Below are positions 1 to 11,022 of a stretch of 64,000 nucleotides of DNA, piece after piece. The first letter of the stretch is position 1, and each line of letters opens with the position of its first letter. Position numbers and translations under genes: made by a program. Where the stretch lies: positions 124,001 to 188,000 of the forward strand of contig CM102283.1 of assembly GCA_046563655.1 (NCBI GenBank), given 5' to 3'. The notes beneath the pieces are model-generated. The model did not search any database. It was not told where the DNA came from and worked only from the letters and a program-made list of their open reading frames with translations. Source of the stretch: Yuukianura sp. NJ FZ-2021 (Eukaryota).

Positions 1-1202
1 TCAACCTCTCTCCTACAACACTGTAACTTTTGAGGACTAATGGTGAGTCCCGCCATCTTCAACCTACTTAGCACTTTTTCTAAATGCAATAAATGTTCAT
101 CCAGAGTCTTACTGAACAAAATGATATCGTCCATGTAGCACTTTGCAAAATTGGAGAATCCTTGGATGACTTTCCGCATCAACTGCTGACACGTCTTTGG
201 ACTATTTTTTAATCCGAATGGCATCACCAGGAACTCATAATGGCCATCTTGAGTCACGAACGCTGACTTTTCAACACTGTCCGGATGCAACTTGACTTGC
301 GAATAACCTTTCGCAAGATCAATCACTGTGTACCAATAACCAGCAGGAATTGTGTGTAAAATAGAATGAGCACTCTCCATTGGCGCAGCATTCGTCTTCG
401 TTTGCTGGTTGAGCAACGTATAGTCCACACAGAGTCTCTTACTGCCGTCTTTCTTTGGTACCACCACAACTGGAGCTGCATATGGTGACCTTGAAGGTCT
501 GATTAGACCTTCCTTCAACATTTCTTGAATTTGATCATTGATGATCTTCTGCATTTCTGGTGACCTTCTGTAGGGGTTCCTTGCCGGTGGACACCCTTCA
601 TCTTCTATCACATGATGAGTCAGGTCCGTCCTTCCCAACTTTCCATCACTCCGGACGACCGTTGGAAATTTCTCTAGGACACGCTGAACTCTCACTTGCA
701 CTTCACTATCTTGATTGTGACTTTCTGGTAAAGCCACTGAGAACAACGCAGTACCGGTTGTTTCTGTAGTGGAAGTCAACTTGAATTTCTGACTTCCATT
801 GTCACCAAACCAAAATTCTTTACTTTTCAATCTAATTACAATGTCGTGCTGAAAACAAAAATCAGAACCTAACACACACTTAACTGGCAAACCCTCCGCC
901 ACATAGAACTTTGACTTCAAAGTTCGACCACCAATTTTTATATACACAAAACAGAAGCCAATGAGACGCAGCTTCTGACTATTCATCATCGTTGTAGACT
1001 TATTTTTTAATGGAACTACAACTGACTGCAACTTTTCACATAACTGTACATCAATGAGTGACTGCGAACATCCCGTGTCGAAAATAGCCAAAAATTTCGA
1101 ATCTTCATTCGCCACAGTCACAAAAGGAATTAAATCGTCCGAAACTTGAATTAGGTAAGGGTGAATGATGGACGACTTCTCATTCACCACTGCGCGTTTA
1201 AC
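1..1202 (-). CDS. pol: Ty3/gypsy Pol (aspartic protease + reverse transcriptase), runs off the window start
   Basis: Manual translation shows protease AIFDTGCSQS, RT motifs SPYAAPVVVVPKKDGSKRLCVDY and CYMDDI (~122-139). It is in the -1 frame to gag, with candidate slippery site G_TTA_AAC at 1202-1196. Confidence 0.92.
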
Positions 1203-2707
1203 TTCTCATTAGAAGTCGACGCTTCATTTTTTTCAGGTGGCTCCTTCTTCTTTTTTGGGACTGGAGGTCCTTGAGGGACCTCCTCTTGAAATGACCCCAA
1301 GGCCAAACCAACACCTGATGGACACTGAAACTTACGATGCCCAAAACCATTACACTTGAAGCACTGAACATCACTTACATCTTGCCTGGAGGTCTGACCT
1401 TGACCTCTGCCTTGACCACCACCACGGTCGTTGTCATTTGAAGAACCACGATTACCACGGTAACCGCCCTTCCCACGTGCAGATGATTCATGTTGAGGCT
1501 GCACTGAATTCTTGTCATAATTGGATTTTGAACTTTGACCTTGTGACTGTTCATTGGGTTGAGATGAGGAATGTCCACTGTTCGGACTTCCATTGGTCTG
1601 AGATTGATCACTGGAATAATTCTTGTAGCCATTTCCCTTGCCTTTCCAGTGTCCACGGAAGCCATTATTTTTGGCTTCCTTCCCACGAAACCAATTATTC
1701 CCATTGGAAGTTCCAGCAGAACTTCCAGCATTCGAATTAGTGGAATTATCATCTTTCTTGACTGACTCTGACTTTGAGTCGACCTTGACAATTGGAGGTA
1801 ATCCGAATTTGTTTTTTGTGATTCTGTCTTCTGCTGTCAAATTAGCATGAGCAATTCTACATGCATCAAAAAGTGATTCCACTGTGTCGAATTGTTGAGT
1901 TCCTAGGGCTGTGCGAATCCTCGGATTCAAACCTAATTTAGCACGTAACACTGCATCAGCCACTGACTCATGTGGATAAATTAATCTGGAGCACCGAACC
2001 ACATCATACAAATAAAATTCAACAGACTCGTTGAACTGTTGTCTTCTTGTGTGCAGAAGCTTCGTCCGTTCTGCAATGTCCATCCAATTATCATATCTGC
2101 TGATAAAGGCGTCTTTGAATGAATCCCAGTCTGTCATTGTCACTAGGATGTGGTCGAGCCATGGTTGAGATTCAACAGGCAAGACCGTCTTCACAAGATA
2201 AAGAAATTGCCTCTGCTCATGTCCTTGAGCTGTGAAGTAACGCTCTACTTCACTAAGGTAGCCTGCCGCTGACATTTTCTTTGGATCAAAACTCGGCACA
2301 GGCAATTTAGATGATAATGATGTGAACTTGATACTCTTCAATGCTGTTATCAATGCTTGGGTCTGACCAACTGGATCTGCCTCCGCAGGGGCTGGAGTCA
2401 CCGCAGCGACTCCACCGGTCACCCGCTGAACTAATCTCTGCTCCACGCCGCGCACGGCATGGGCCACGGCCTCGGCCACTAATCTGTCCACTTCCTCCTT
2501 GGTGTATGTTGCCATGGTTACTGATGAACCTGGAGCACTGACAATGATTTTTGGGGATGTACTTGGGGTCGGAATTTTACTTTCTTGACTTCGGAGAAAC
2601 GGTCCTTCCGAATCTGATGTTGGACTAAGCTCTGGTAGCTTAAATGTCACTGTAGGATCAATTTCAAGATTTTTCAATTCTTTACTTACAGGTTTTTTGT
2701 CTGACAT
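1184..2707 (-). CDS. gag: Ty3/gypsy Gag with CCHC zinc knuckle
   Basis: 507 aa ORF with a retrotransposon capsid-like region (WDSFKDAFISRY...RRQQFNESV) and knuckle CFKCNGFGHRKFQC; directly upstream of pol. Confidence 0.92.
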   Translation of the reverse strand: MSDKKPVSKELKNLEIDPTVTFKLPELSPTSDSEGPFLRSQESKIPTPSTSPKIIVSAPGSSVTMATYTKEEVDRLVAEAVAHAVRGVEQRLVQRVTGGVAAVTPAPAEADPVGQTQALITALKSIKFTSLSSKLPVPSFDPKKMSAAGYLSEVERYFTAQGHEQRQFLYLVKTVLPVESQPWLDHILVTMTDWDSFKDAFISRYDNWMDIAERTKLLHTRRQQFNESVEFYLYDVVRCSRLIYPHESVADAVLRAKLGLNPRIRTALGTQQFDTVESLFDACRIAHANLTAEDRITKNKFGLPPIVKVDSKSESVKKDDNSTNSNAGSSAGTSNGNNWFRGKEAKNNGFRGHWKGKGNGYKNYSSDQSQTNGSPNSGHSSSQPNEQSQGQSSKSNYDKNSVQPQHESSARGKGGYRGNRGSSNDNDRGGGQGRGQGQTSRQDVSDVQCFKCNGFGHRKFQCPSGVGLALGSFQEEVPQGPPVPKKKKEPPEKNEASTSNEKLNAQW

Positions 2708-2935
2708 GGAGTGGATCCAGTGGAAGTTGTTTCGGCAACTTCCTCCTTCTATGTAAAAGATTTAGAGATGATCCACTTCTGAATTATGGCCAATTCCCTG
2801 TGACCAAGGGTAACGTCCACGCACGAACAATTACATGATGTCTTGATCCCACTTGACACAGACTAAAAGTTTTTAACACTCACCATGTGTTGTTACACCA
2901 TTGTGACCTTTGACCTCAGCAGTAACACTCACAAA

Positions 2936-2945
2936 ACGGTCGCCA
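2936..2945 (-). promoter_or_regulatory. Primer-binding site of gypsy element
   Basis: Minus strand TGGCGACCGT 2 nt after the LTR end. Confidence 0.75.
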
Positions 2946-2947
2946 TG

Positions 2948-3362
2948 TGTAGCACCTCGTGCTACGTAAAACTGCCAAAGATGGCCTCAGACAAACGATC
3001 CGAGCACTGCCGGACTCATGCAACAAACTGAGGAACCAAAGAACACCAATGAAACAACACGAAGACAACACAAAGACACGAAGACAAATAAATATAAAAT
3101 ATATTTATTTGTACAAAAGATACAAAGTCTTCAGCTCATGCTGAGACACACACCAAACACCGACTGACTAGCACAACTAGTCTCAATACTCTCCTGACTC
3201 TCCTCTACCACGCTAACTCTACTCAAAACTCGCGCTAAGCGCTAAACCAAATCTCACTAACGCTAAAACTAAACCATAACCTAACTACACTAACCTAAGG
3301 CCACTCCCTAACCTCAAGGGGCAATTGACCCTAACCTAAAGGGGGAAAACCGGGGAACTACA
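2948..3362 (-). repeat. 5' LTR of gypsy element (~415 bp)
   Basis: TGTAG...CTACA inverted termini, adjacent PBS, and a homologous copy at ~59485-59884. Confidence 0.85.
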
Positions 3363-3639
3363 CAGTGGTAGCAGAGGATCGGTATTTTCTTGTTGTGTCA
3401 AGTTTTCAGATTTTCCAAAAAAAGCAATTAAAGTTTAAAGTGAGTCAGCTAAAGCAATTAAAAGCTAAAGTAAGCAAAAGAAAAGCCAAAATTTTAGCGA
3501 AAGCGCAAAACTTAGTAGCAGCAGCATTCTGAACTTTTCAAATTGAAAAATTGAACATTTGAAGTTAAGTGAGTCACAAATCGTGCAATTTCAAACTTTT
3601 TGAACAATATCAGCAGTACTTTGTGAATCAGTGTTTAAA

Positions 3640-4260
3640 ACTCTATGCTTCAGCAGCAGCATCAGTGAACTTCAGTTTCAGTGAACATTGCAGTAGAATC
3701 ATCAGTGCACTTTCTCCGCAGCATCATCAGCAAACTTCAGCAGCATCAGCACTTCAACAGCATCAGCACTTCAGCATTTCAGCAGCATCAGCACTTCAGC
3801 AGCATCAGCACTTCAGCAGCATCAGCACTTCAGCAGCATCAGCAACTTCAGCAGCAGCATCCAATTTTCGCAGCATCAGCAATTTCAGCATCATCAGCAA
3901 ATTCATCAGCAGTATCGTTCGTGACCTCCTTGGCAGCAGCATCCCTTGGACGGTTTCTTCAGCAGCACTCAGCGCCAATCCGCAGCAATTGTTTCGCAGC
4001 ACTCCTCAGCAGTAACTTCAGAGGTACTAAATCTTAAAACAATAATTTGCAGCAAACAACCAGCAGTTTCAGCAACAAAAGTTAGCAGCAGCCAAAGTAC
4101 TCATTAGCTCAGCAGCAAAATCCTCAGCACAACATCTCAGCAGCAGAAGCGTTCAACAGCAATTTCCTCAGCAGCAAAATTAAGCCGGAAAATCACCATC
4201 AGTTAACTCAGTCGTAGCGAAAACCAATCATCTAGCATCACTTCATCAGCAGCAAAATTT
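3640..4260 (+). repeat. CAG-rich degenerate tandem repeat (cagcagcatcagcactt units) in the copia leader
   Basis: Repeated cagcagcatcagcactt / cagcagca motifs, most regular at ~3735-3860. Confidence 0.85.
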
Positions 4261-4968
4261 TGGATTAATTTTTGCAACAATTTGGTAACTAAAATCAGTT
4301 TCCGTTCACTCACTCTCTTTTGAACTTTGACTATCTTTTCCTTAAACAGAAGTCAATTGAACGTAACGTTTTCTTTTAAACAACTTAAACGTAAAATTGC
4401 TATTTTGAACAAGGTTAAAATTTAAATTGCAGTATAAAAGATTTTTCCTAAAGCAAATTTTCTCTTCGAAAAAGCAGCCAATTTTTTTTCTGAAAACAAA
4501 TCTAAAGTCCATATAAAAACAAACTCAATTTTTTTTTAACAGTAAAAGCAAATAAATTTTTGTTTCTGTTGAATTTTCTTAAAGTTTAAAATAATTTCAA
4601 CAAAAACTTGACTTACTTTCATTTTTTTTTCTCAAGAAATATTAAGTCAAATCAAAGCAACTGAACAATTACAGTTTATTTTAAAATCTTAAACGTTTTT
4701 GCTTGGAACACTAGTATTCCATTTTAAATAAAGTCTGTTTATTTCATTATTTCTGCTTCGCTTAGCCTCCAATCCTACGCATAGAGTAAATTTTTTAGCA
4801 AAGAAGAATTCAAGCAGAAGTCGGCATCAGCATCCACGCTCCACATCAAAGCTTCTAAAAATTAACTGTGGAAGGAACCAGAATCGGTCCAAACTTGGAT
4901 GCGGATTGGAACCGTCAGTTAATTCATCAGTTTAATTTCGTTTGAGCAACTTCAAATCTTAATTCAAA

Positions 4969-5485
4969 ATGGCTGACGACGCCACAATCCATGAAGAAGG
5001 AGCAGGTTCAGCAAAACTTTTTCGCACTAACCATATCAGCAAACTCGGCAAAAACAATTGGAAACAATGGAGCCTTCACGTCACAGTGGTTCTTCGACAC
5101 GCCAAAGTATTGGACGTTGTAACCGGCACAACTCCAAAACCAGCACCCAACGCCTCAACTTATCAAGCTTGGTATGACAAAGACGCAGAAGCTCAAGCAA
5201 TAATCGTGCCTTTGCTAGATGACGACAACTCAAACCAAATTTACGATTTGTCAACGTCAAAGGAAATTTATGACAAATTGAAAGCAATTCATGCCGACAA
5301 CAGCACACTCAACAAAGTTCACACGCTCAGCTCATTTCTTGGCCACAAATTTCCAGAAAACAAAACTCTCGTCGAAGTTCATTCCGAAGTCGCCGGAATC
5401 ATTCGCAGCCTTAGCGAGATGAACATTAAAATCGATGAACTCACAACTGTCACAAAAATTGTTGATTCACTTCCAGACTTCCTAA
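4969..5485 (+). pseudogene. gag: Copia Gag N-terminus (Retrotran_gag_2/UBN2-like), truncated
   Basis: NWKQWSLHVTVVLRHAKVLDVVTG..P....WYDKDAEAQAII pattern; the ORF reads into foreign LTR sequence after ~5485. Confidence 0.8.
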
Positions 5486-6396
5486 CAACCAAAAGAGAAA
5501 CGCGGCGCGCCGCTTTACCGCGCTCAAATCGTTAAGTTAATGTGAAAAACCAATGTGAAAAACCAAATGAGAAAACTCTAATTGAAAACCAGTTAGATTG
5601 AAACGGTAAAATGAAACGAAAACGAAACGGTACTTTACGGTAAACGAAACGGAATGAAACGAAAATATCGAACCCTAAACCAACTCTCCCGGGATCACCG
5701 CACGGAGAGAATCCACAGCAGCAGGCGGGTAAACCAACCTAATCTGCCCATCCACCAGCCATCATCCCTTCACCCCGAGTGCATGGAAGAGAGCCTCTAC
5801 CTGCCTTCTCCCATGGAAAAGGCAATCTCAACCATGTACTCCTTTCCTTATTTAAAACAATAGAAGAAACAGCAGCTGACACTAATTGTCCTTAGTACTA
5901 ACCAACTTTCTTTTAGGAGTTGATTAGTACTAAGTTTGAGTTAATCGGAATTCGCTAACTTTAGTTAAAATTCAATTATTTAGTTGTGGTTGAGTTTGTG
6001 TTTTTTCCTGGCTTTAGTCCTGGTATTGAAAAGAAGAAAAGTGGAAGAGGTGTCCCTACAGTACCAATAGAGGGCGCGCGCTTCTCCCTTTCTTATGAAC
6101 ATGACGCTATTTTTGTAGTCTCACAACATCCCCCCTCACAAAGCCACGAAGCGGTCAGTACACTTCTTATTCAGTTTTTCTTCTCACCGACCCGACTTCC
6201 CACTTCCATTTTAACAGTATTTACAAGAAATCTTAAATTCTAGATTTAACTTGAAGTTTAACATTTTCAAAAATTCAAAAGAAAAATTAATTTGTTAATT
6301 TAACTATGGGGACAAAAATTCAACTTTAGGACGAAAGCGAAAAATTTACAAGGGAGGGAATCCAGTGTCCAATCCAGTTTTCATTCCAATTCAAAA

Positions 6397-7128
6397 TTAC
6401 AGGCAGAAGCCTCCAGGGTCTTCTCCTTCCGCGGTCACTCGCCCAGACAACAGTTTCCGTTTCTGGCTTCCATCTTTGTTCCAGTCGTCATCCGCTTCCA
6501 TCTTTCCTCGGAAAGGCCATGTCGCATCTCTTTTCCACTGCACGAATCCGTCTCTGGGAAAACGTGCCTGCGTCGTAGTCAAATGCAGGTTTACTCGATT
6601 CCCATTGTCCATGTCCAACTGAGTTTTCTGGAACTCAGAGAAAAGACGAGCATTAGAGTCATAATCTTGGTAGTCATTTAATTGTTTTAAATTTACGCGC
6701 CGCTGTTGTTGCGTGCTTTTGTCCACTACTTCTTTACCACACGGTTCATCGCTGGACAGTGACATGACAGCTACTTTGGAATCTGTGATAGCCTCGGTAC
6801 TGACAACAGTCACTTCTGCCCAGTCTTCCCAATGGTCAATTTCTGTGGCGATGCATTCTTCGGAATTGCAGCCAAAAGTCCCAGTAATCTCTTCCCAAGC
6901 TTCAGAAGTTGACAGAATTTCAGCTTCGTTACCCCCAGCAGTTTCCACGCCCAATGCCGCCGTTCCAGACCGACAATGGCTTTCTTCTGGAGGATCCAAC
7001 AGAAAACATGAAACTTCCGTCCCTCGAATCAGAGTTTCCGAAGTAACTTCGTCTTGGCTCGATGAGAGGCTTGTGCAATTCTCAAAGGCATCAATCAGTC
7101 CACAGTATTCAAACCCCGAATCTTCCAA
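6397..7128 (-). CDS. Acidic ORF of unknown function in the internal region of the LTR element
   Basis: 243 aa ORF following gag; no protease, RT or integrase motifs seen. Confidence 0.35.
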   Translation of the reverse strand: MEDSGFEYCGLIDAFENCTSLSSSQDEVTSETLIRGTEVSCFLLDPPEESHCRSGTAALGVETAGGNEAEILSTSEAWEEITGTFGCNSEECIATEIDHWEDWAEVTVVSTEAITDSKVAVMSLSSDEPCGKEVVDKSTQQQRRVNLKQLNDYQDYDSNARLFSEFQKTQLDMDNGNRVNLHLTTTQARFPRDGFVQWKRDATWPFRGKMEADDDWNKDGSQKRKLLSGRVTAEGEDPGGFCL

Positions 7129-7150
7129 AGATTCTTCCTCGTTGTCCCAA

Positions 7151-7972
7151 TCAGTGAAAGTTCCTTTGGGTCAATACCATTCCCCACTGCCTTGAAAACC
7201 TCTGAGAAGCCCCGCCAAAACTTGACCTCTCCTTCTGACCTCGAGACTTCCGTCCATGCCTGCCAGTCCATCCAGAATCGCCGTCTGTGGATTGGTTACT
7301 CCCATGGTGGGAGAGTCCAGGGTCAATGACATTGTCTGTTGTTGGCTCGTGGTAACTTCTGTCCAGAGCAATTCTTCTTTCAACTTCCTCGGCTGCTTTG
7401 TACAGCTCTCTTGTGTCTGCAAAGCGTTGGCCAATCCATCTGAGTCTGTCCCTTGAATCTGGGTTCATCAGTTCAATGATCTGCATGCCCCTTTGTTCTT
7501 CGCTTGGCGCAACTTCCAGTTTGTCGAATAGTGAGCACATCGTCGGCACGTAATGGGTCATTCTTTCTTCTCTGCCTTGGTAGCGATCCATAAGTGCTCT
7601 CTTCAGCTCACGCTGGTAATTTGGAGGTTCAAACTTGCGTCAGAATTCTGACCGAAACGTTTCCCAACTGTCCAGTATCTTGAAGATGAATTGATACCAG
7701 ATTGCTGCCATCCCTGAGAATGCTACTGGCAAGACTTGTTCCACCATGTCTTCCTCGCAGATTCCCCAAACCTTCATGTATCGTTCTAGTTCCAGCAAAT
7801 ACTCGTATGGCTGAACGTAGTAGCTTCCATCAAACATCGATAGAGGGCAATCTCTCCGATTCAAGATCTTCGGATCCACTTGCGGTACTTTGTCAGCCAT
7901 CCTTTTTGTCCGGATCACTGCCTGAGCACAACCGTTTCCCTGCACTTTGCGTCTGCGCCCGCTCTTTTCCAT
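7151..7972 (-). pseudogene. gag: Gypsy Gag (capsid), one in-frame stop at 7640-7642
   Basis: ORFs 7640-7972 and 7151-7591 are in the same frame: FDGS..QPYEYL.ELERY...AAIWYQ...SWETFRSEF*RKFEP...RYQGREE. Confidence 0.8.
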
Positions 7973-8522
7973 CTTTTGACTTTAAGTTTGACTTTTACTT
8001 TGACTTTACGCGCGTAGTGGACAAATCATCGTTTGGATTTGAACTCTGACATTTCTTTGTGTCATTGACCGGCCTACCGCCTAAGGGTTCCCGTCTGAGC
8101 CCCATGTTGTAAGATAAGAAATTTTTGGTAGTGGTTACTTTAAGGGACAACTTTTCCGCTCTAACTTTGAACCCCCTTTTCCGTTCCTATAGTAGAGTGT
8201 AGGATCGGAGGTTTACCTCATTTATTTTTAGCTCAGCCGCGGGGGCTAGTCGTGCGCAATATTGGGGAGGGGAAAAGGGTCCCTCAAAATCTAAAAAGCT
8301 CCCAACGACAAAACATTGACAAAAATATCAACATAAAAAAAACGTTTTCCTTAAAGCGTTCTTTTCAAAACAACTTTTCTCAAGAAAAACGTTTTTGAAA
8401 ATTTTTAAAAATAGCATTAAAACATTGTTTTGAGTGCTACTTAAACAGAGAGCTTTGAAGCTAGAAAGTATCAGTTCTCAAATCAGCAAGCACTTTTCAG
8501 GGTAATAGAATTTATTGTCAAA

Positions 8523-9311
8523 ATGTCGAAGCGTACAGCGCCTCCGATTACTACTGAGTCAAAGCGTCAATGTACTGAATTATTCGACTTTGAACGACTC
8601 CGACTCCCCTATTTGGTGTATGTTGAAATTTTTTCAAATCTGGACGCGATTAGTGGAGCACAACTCATCAAAGCGTTTCCACAGTTCTCAAGTTTGCTAA
8701 AGCCTAAAATTTTGAGTTTCTACAAAAAAGTTTCTCCTTACGCAAAGTATGTGATCGAGTTCAAATCTGGAAATCAGCTCACGGGGCGAGAACCCTTTTT
8801 GCGTGTATTGAACAAGTTGAAGAATTTTCCAATTGGACGAGTTCTAACAGTTGAAAGCTTTATAGCCGAACTCGCGCAGTCTGAGGTAGTTAAGCTCGAC
8901 TATGAACTGTTCCGGAGGTATACAGTTGAGGTGCAGCTGCTGATGACAAACAAACTCGACTTCCAGCGTCGAGTTGGTTTTGATGACATCTATGTAGAAG
9001 CAAAACGTCGATATGTCAATGCTTTTGGGAGAGTTGAAACATTCGAGACTATATATCACTTGTGGAGTATATTCAATGGCGCTGGCGACAACCAAATGCT
9101 AGAAGAGTTAATTGACCGGACACGGAAAGAGGAAAATGATTTGTGGGATGTTCAAGACAAGAAAAACGCTTTAGATGCATACAAAAGCAAAAAACAAAAA
9201 CTTCAACGCTGGATTCGCCGCCGAAAAAAATTCAAGAAATGTCACAAATTGGTTTGTAAATGCCAAAGTGCATTATCGTCAGAAAGCTCTTCAGCGCTGG
9301 ATGAAGCGTGA
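8523..9311 (+). CDS. F-box-like protein, 262 aa (left arm of element A)
   Basis: N-terminal LPYLVYVEIFSNLD..SGAQL.KAFPQF resembles an F-box. Basic C-terminus. TCAGTT initiator-like motif at ~8472. Confidence 0.6.
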   Translation: MSKRTAPPITTESKRQCTELFDFERLRLPYLVYVEIFSNLDAISGAQLIKAFPQFSSLLKPKILSFYKKVSPYAKYVIEFKSGNQLTGREPFLRVLNKLKNFPIGRVLTVESFIAELAQSEVVKLDYELFRRYTVEVQLLMTNKLDFQRRVGFDDIYVEAKRRYVNAFGRVETFETIYHLWSIFNGAGDNQMLEELIDRTRKEENDLWDVQDKKNALDAYKSKKQKLQRWIRRRKKFKKCHKLVCKCQSALSSESSSALDEA

Positions 9312-9791
9312 AAACGTTGTAAAAGCAATTGTATAGCATCTCTTAAATATTGCAGTTATGTTAAATGTTAGTGTCAAAAAAATATAGTAATAATAATGGA
9401 ATAAATATTAAAACGTAAAGTGATTATAATAAAATTTTGGATCACAAAATTTTCGAAAAATTCAAATTTATTATTTTCCAGAATCAGAATAAACAGACAT
9501 GTACGTATTCATACAGTTCGCAACTTGAAAATACATTTAATAAACGGAATATACAAGCAGAGCCTATGGTGTGATTCAATATGATTGAAACGGGAATTTG
9601 ACGGTAGGCTCAGCATACACTGTTTTGTCATATTTTATGTTATCGAAAAAGCAAACGATGTTAACGGTACATATATTGCCCGCGAGAATAAAAGCGATAT
9701 AAGGCTTCATCGCGGTCTACCAATTTTCCCTTGTCCAGTTTGTTCGTTTTCAGGCTTATCCTGAACTGAATCTTCCTCTGTGCTCTCGTTC

Positions 9792-10412
9792 TCATTCATC
9801 AGAATCCTCCACAGTACGCCTCTTCTTTCTGGAATTCACTCCTTGAAACGATTGAAAGAGGTAATGTCTTGCCTCCGGTAATTCATGTATTGGAAATTTA
9901 CGGGATTTCATAAACCGAATCATTCCCGCAATCAATGAAACATTTAGCCTTCGCCTCCCATCACTAATAACACGAATTCCGTCTTCAAAGTCGTATCGCT
10001 GCATTTGTTCATCGCCAAAAACAACAGTTTCCCCTTGCAAAATGGCTCCATTATTCACAAAAAGCTGAAGCAGATTTTGTCCTGGTTTCGAAAAGTTTGA
10101 AAAATTGAAGTGTTGTTGCTCCAGAATCGGTTTTGACAACTCCGTCGGCTTGTATTCTAGTACGCCTTTTGCCTCAACTTCCAACGCCTTTGTGTCCTTC
10201 GAATCAACTAGCCTTTGCTGTTCCACCTTTCGTGTATTCTGGAACTGACGAAGAAGAGCATGGAGCATGTGGTTTTGAAGTTCAACTGATGTCTTTCTGG
10301 TGTCGAACTCGTCGTTCACTTTAAAGGGAATCGCTTCCTTTTTCTGTTCCATAGTCTTTGGACATGCAATTTTTGTATGCAGTCTCCATCGTTGTATTTT
10401 TCTTTCCGCCAT
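9792..10412 (-). CDS. Unknown protein in the unique centre of element A
   Basis: 206 aa ORF (possible true start MEQKK ~10351) immediately downstream of the ATPase fragment. Confidence 0.5.
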   Translation of the reverse strand: MAERKIQRWRLHTKIACPKTMEQKKEAIPFKVNDEFDTRKTSVELQNHMLHALLRQFQNTRKVEQQRLVDSKDTKALEVEAKGVLEYKPTELSKPILEQQHFNFSNFSKPGQNLLQLFVNNGAILQGETVVFGDEQMQRYDFEDGIRVISDGRRRLNVSLIAGMIRFMKSRKFPIHELPEARHYLFQSFQGVNSRKKRRTVEDSDE

Positions 10413-10580
10413 TCATTTGACGTCCCAGACAAGCAACAAACTGAGAGTCTCGAGGGTTCTTCATTAGAACCAAGTAATGGCAGTTGGCAGTAATTTCCTT
10501 TAAGTTCTCGTGAAAAAAGTTTTGCACAAGAATAATGAGCGACACATTGCGGTGGTGAGATGTTCTAGTGGTCAGTTCAT
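10321..10580 (-). pseudogene. C-terminal fragment of A32/FtsK-like packaging ATPase
   Basis: TRTSHHRNVSLIILVQNFF...ITANCHYLVLMKNPRD aligns by eye with the element C ATPase (TRTSHHRNVSIIFVTQNFF...ITTNCQYICFTKNPRE). Confidence 0.85.
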
Positions 10581-11022
10581 CTCATCGTCAGTTCAGGATA
10601 AGCCTGAAAACGAACAAACTGGACAAGGGAAAATTGATGACCGCGATGAAGCGTTATATCGCTTTTATTCTCGCGGGCAATATGTGTACCGTTAATATCG
10701 TTTGCTTTTTCGATAACATAAAATATGACAAAACAGTGTATGCTGAGCCTACCGTCAAATTCCCGTTTCAATCATATTGAATCACACCATAGGCTCTGCT
10801 TGTATATTCCGTTTATTAAATGTATTTTCAAGTTGCGAACTGTATTAATACGTACATGTCTGTTTATTCTGATTCTGGAAAATAATAAATTTGAATAATA
10901 ATTTAATATAATAATAATTTAATAAAATTTGAATAATAATAAAAAGTAAAAACAACAAACACGAAAATTTGCTCCTCATTTTTCAAGTTTTTTAAGACAT
11001 TCATTCATCATCTACCCAACTT

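Larger units (their letters stand above)
3363..5485 (+). mobile_element. Truncated Ty1/copia element (last bases of LTR, PBS, long leader, 5' part of gag)
   Basis: CA-G-TGGTAGCAGAG PBS at 3366-3376 followed by a copia-type gag ORF. Confidence 0.75.

Noticed and set aside
3569-4037. Gln/His/Ser/Ala-rich ORFs
   Set aside because: Products of the CAG-rich repeat in the copia leader; open in several frames.
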